Source: Mobula hypostoma (Eukaryota). From it: a DNA stretch of 64,000 nt. Position numbers and translations under genes: made by a program. The notes under the pieces were generated by a model that worked only from the letters and a program-made list of their open reading frames with translations, was not told the origin of the DNA and ran no database searches. Below are positions 63,830 through 64,000 of the stretch, piece by piece (position 1 is the stretch's first letter; each line of letters starts with the position of its first letter). Where the stretch lies: assembly GCF_963921235.1 (NCBI RefSeq), contig NC_086097.1:136650001-136714000 (forward strand), read 5' to 3'.

Positions 63830-64000
63830 CTAAGTCTTCCAAGCATAGCAGCTTGGAGTATTCAGACTGTAAGGAGTTTGTACATTCTCCCTGTGACTGT
63901 GTGGATTTCTTGTGGTTGGTCTGCTTTTCTCCCACAGTACTGGTTAGTAGGTTAATCAGTCATTTGGCTAGTGTTGAATGAGTGGGTTGCTGGGCAGCGC
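63830..64000 (+). mobile_element. SINE fragment (V-domain-like core)
   Basis: ctgtaaggagtttgtacattctccctgtgactgtgtggatttc. Confidence 0.5.

Overview
Eukaryotic (vertebrate) genomic DNA, most likely from a cartilaginous fish; a ray is inferred from the repeat families, not proven. Two host genes end tail-to-tail. On +, the last three coding exons of beta-1-syntrophin (SNTB1: 10875-11071, 15502-15692, 17119-17211). On -, the last three coding exons of MDM2-binding protein (MTBP: 62572-62685, 55177-55242, 44846-44884). This is the same convergent arrangement as in human. Most of the remaining sequence is nested transposable elements: CR1 LINEs (one young family in three copies, one with an 871-aa open ORF2), Rex1/Babar-type LINEs, RTE tails, Penelope-like (RT/GIY-YIG) remnants, Tc1 and hAT DNA transposons, a Gypsy-like LTR with PBS, and SINEs. 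The most notable signal is a dispersed set of short (about 120-260 bp) Penelope-derived units carrying a minimal hammerhead-ribozyme motif (CTGANGA...GAAACGTC). Three of them have 9-14 bp target-site duplications, one is a 102-bp-arm fold-back, and one with an intact core lies sense in an MTBP intron. TE boundaries are read by eye and approximate; exon boundaries were checked for GT/AG and phase.
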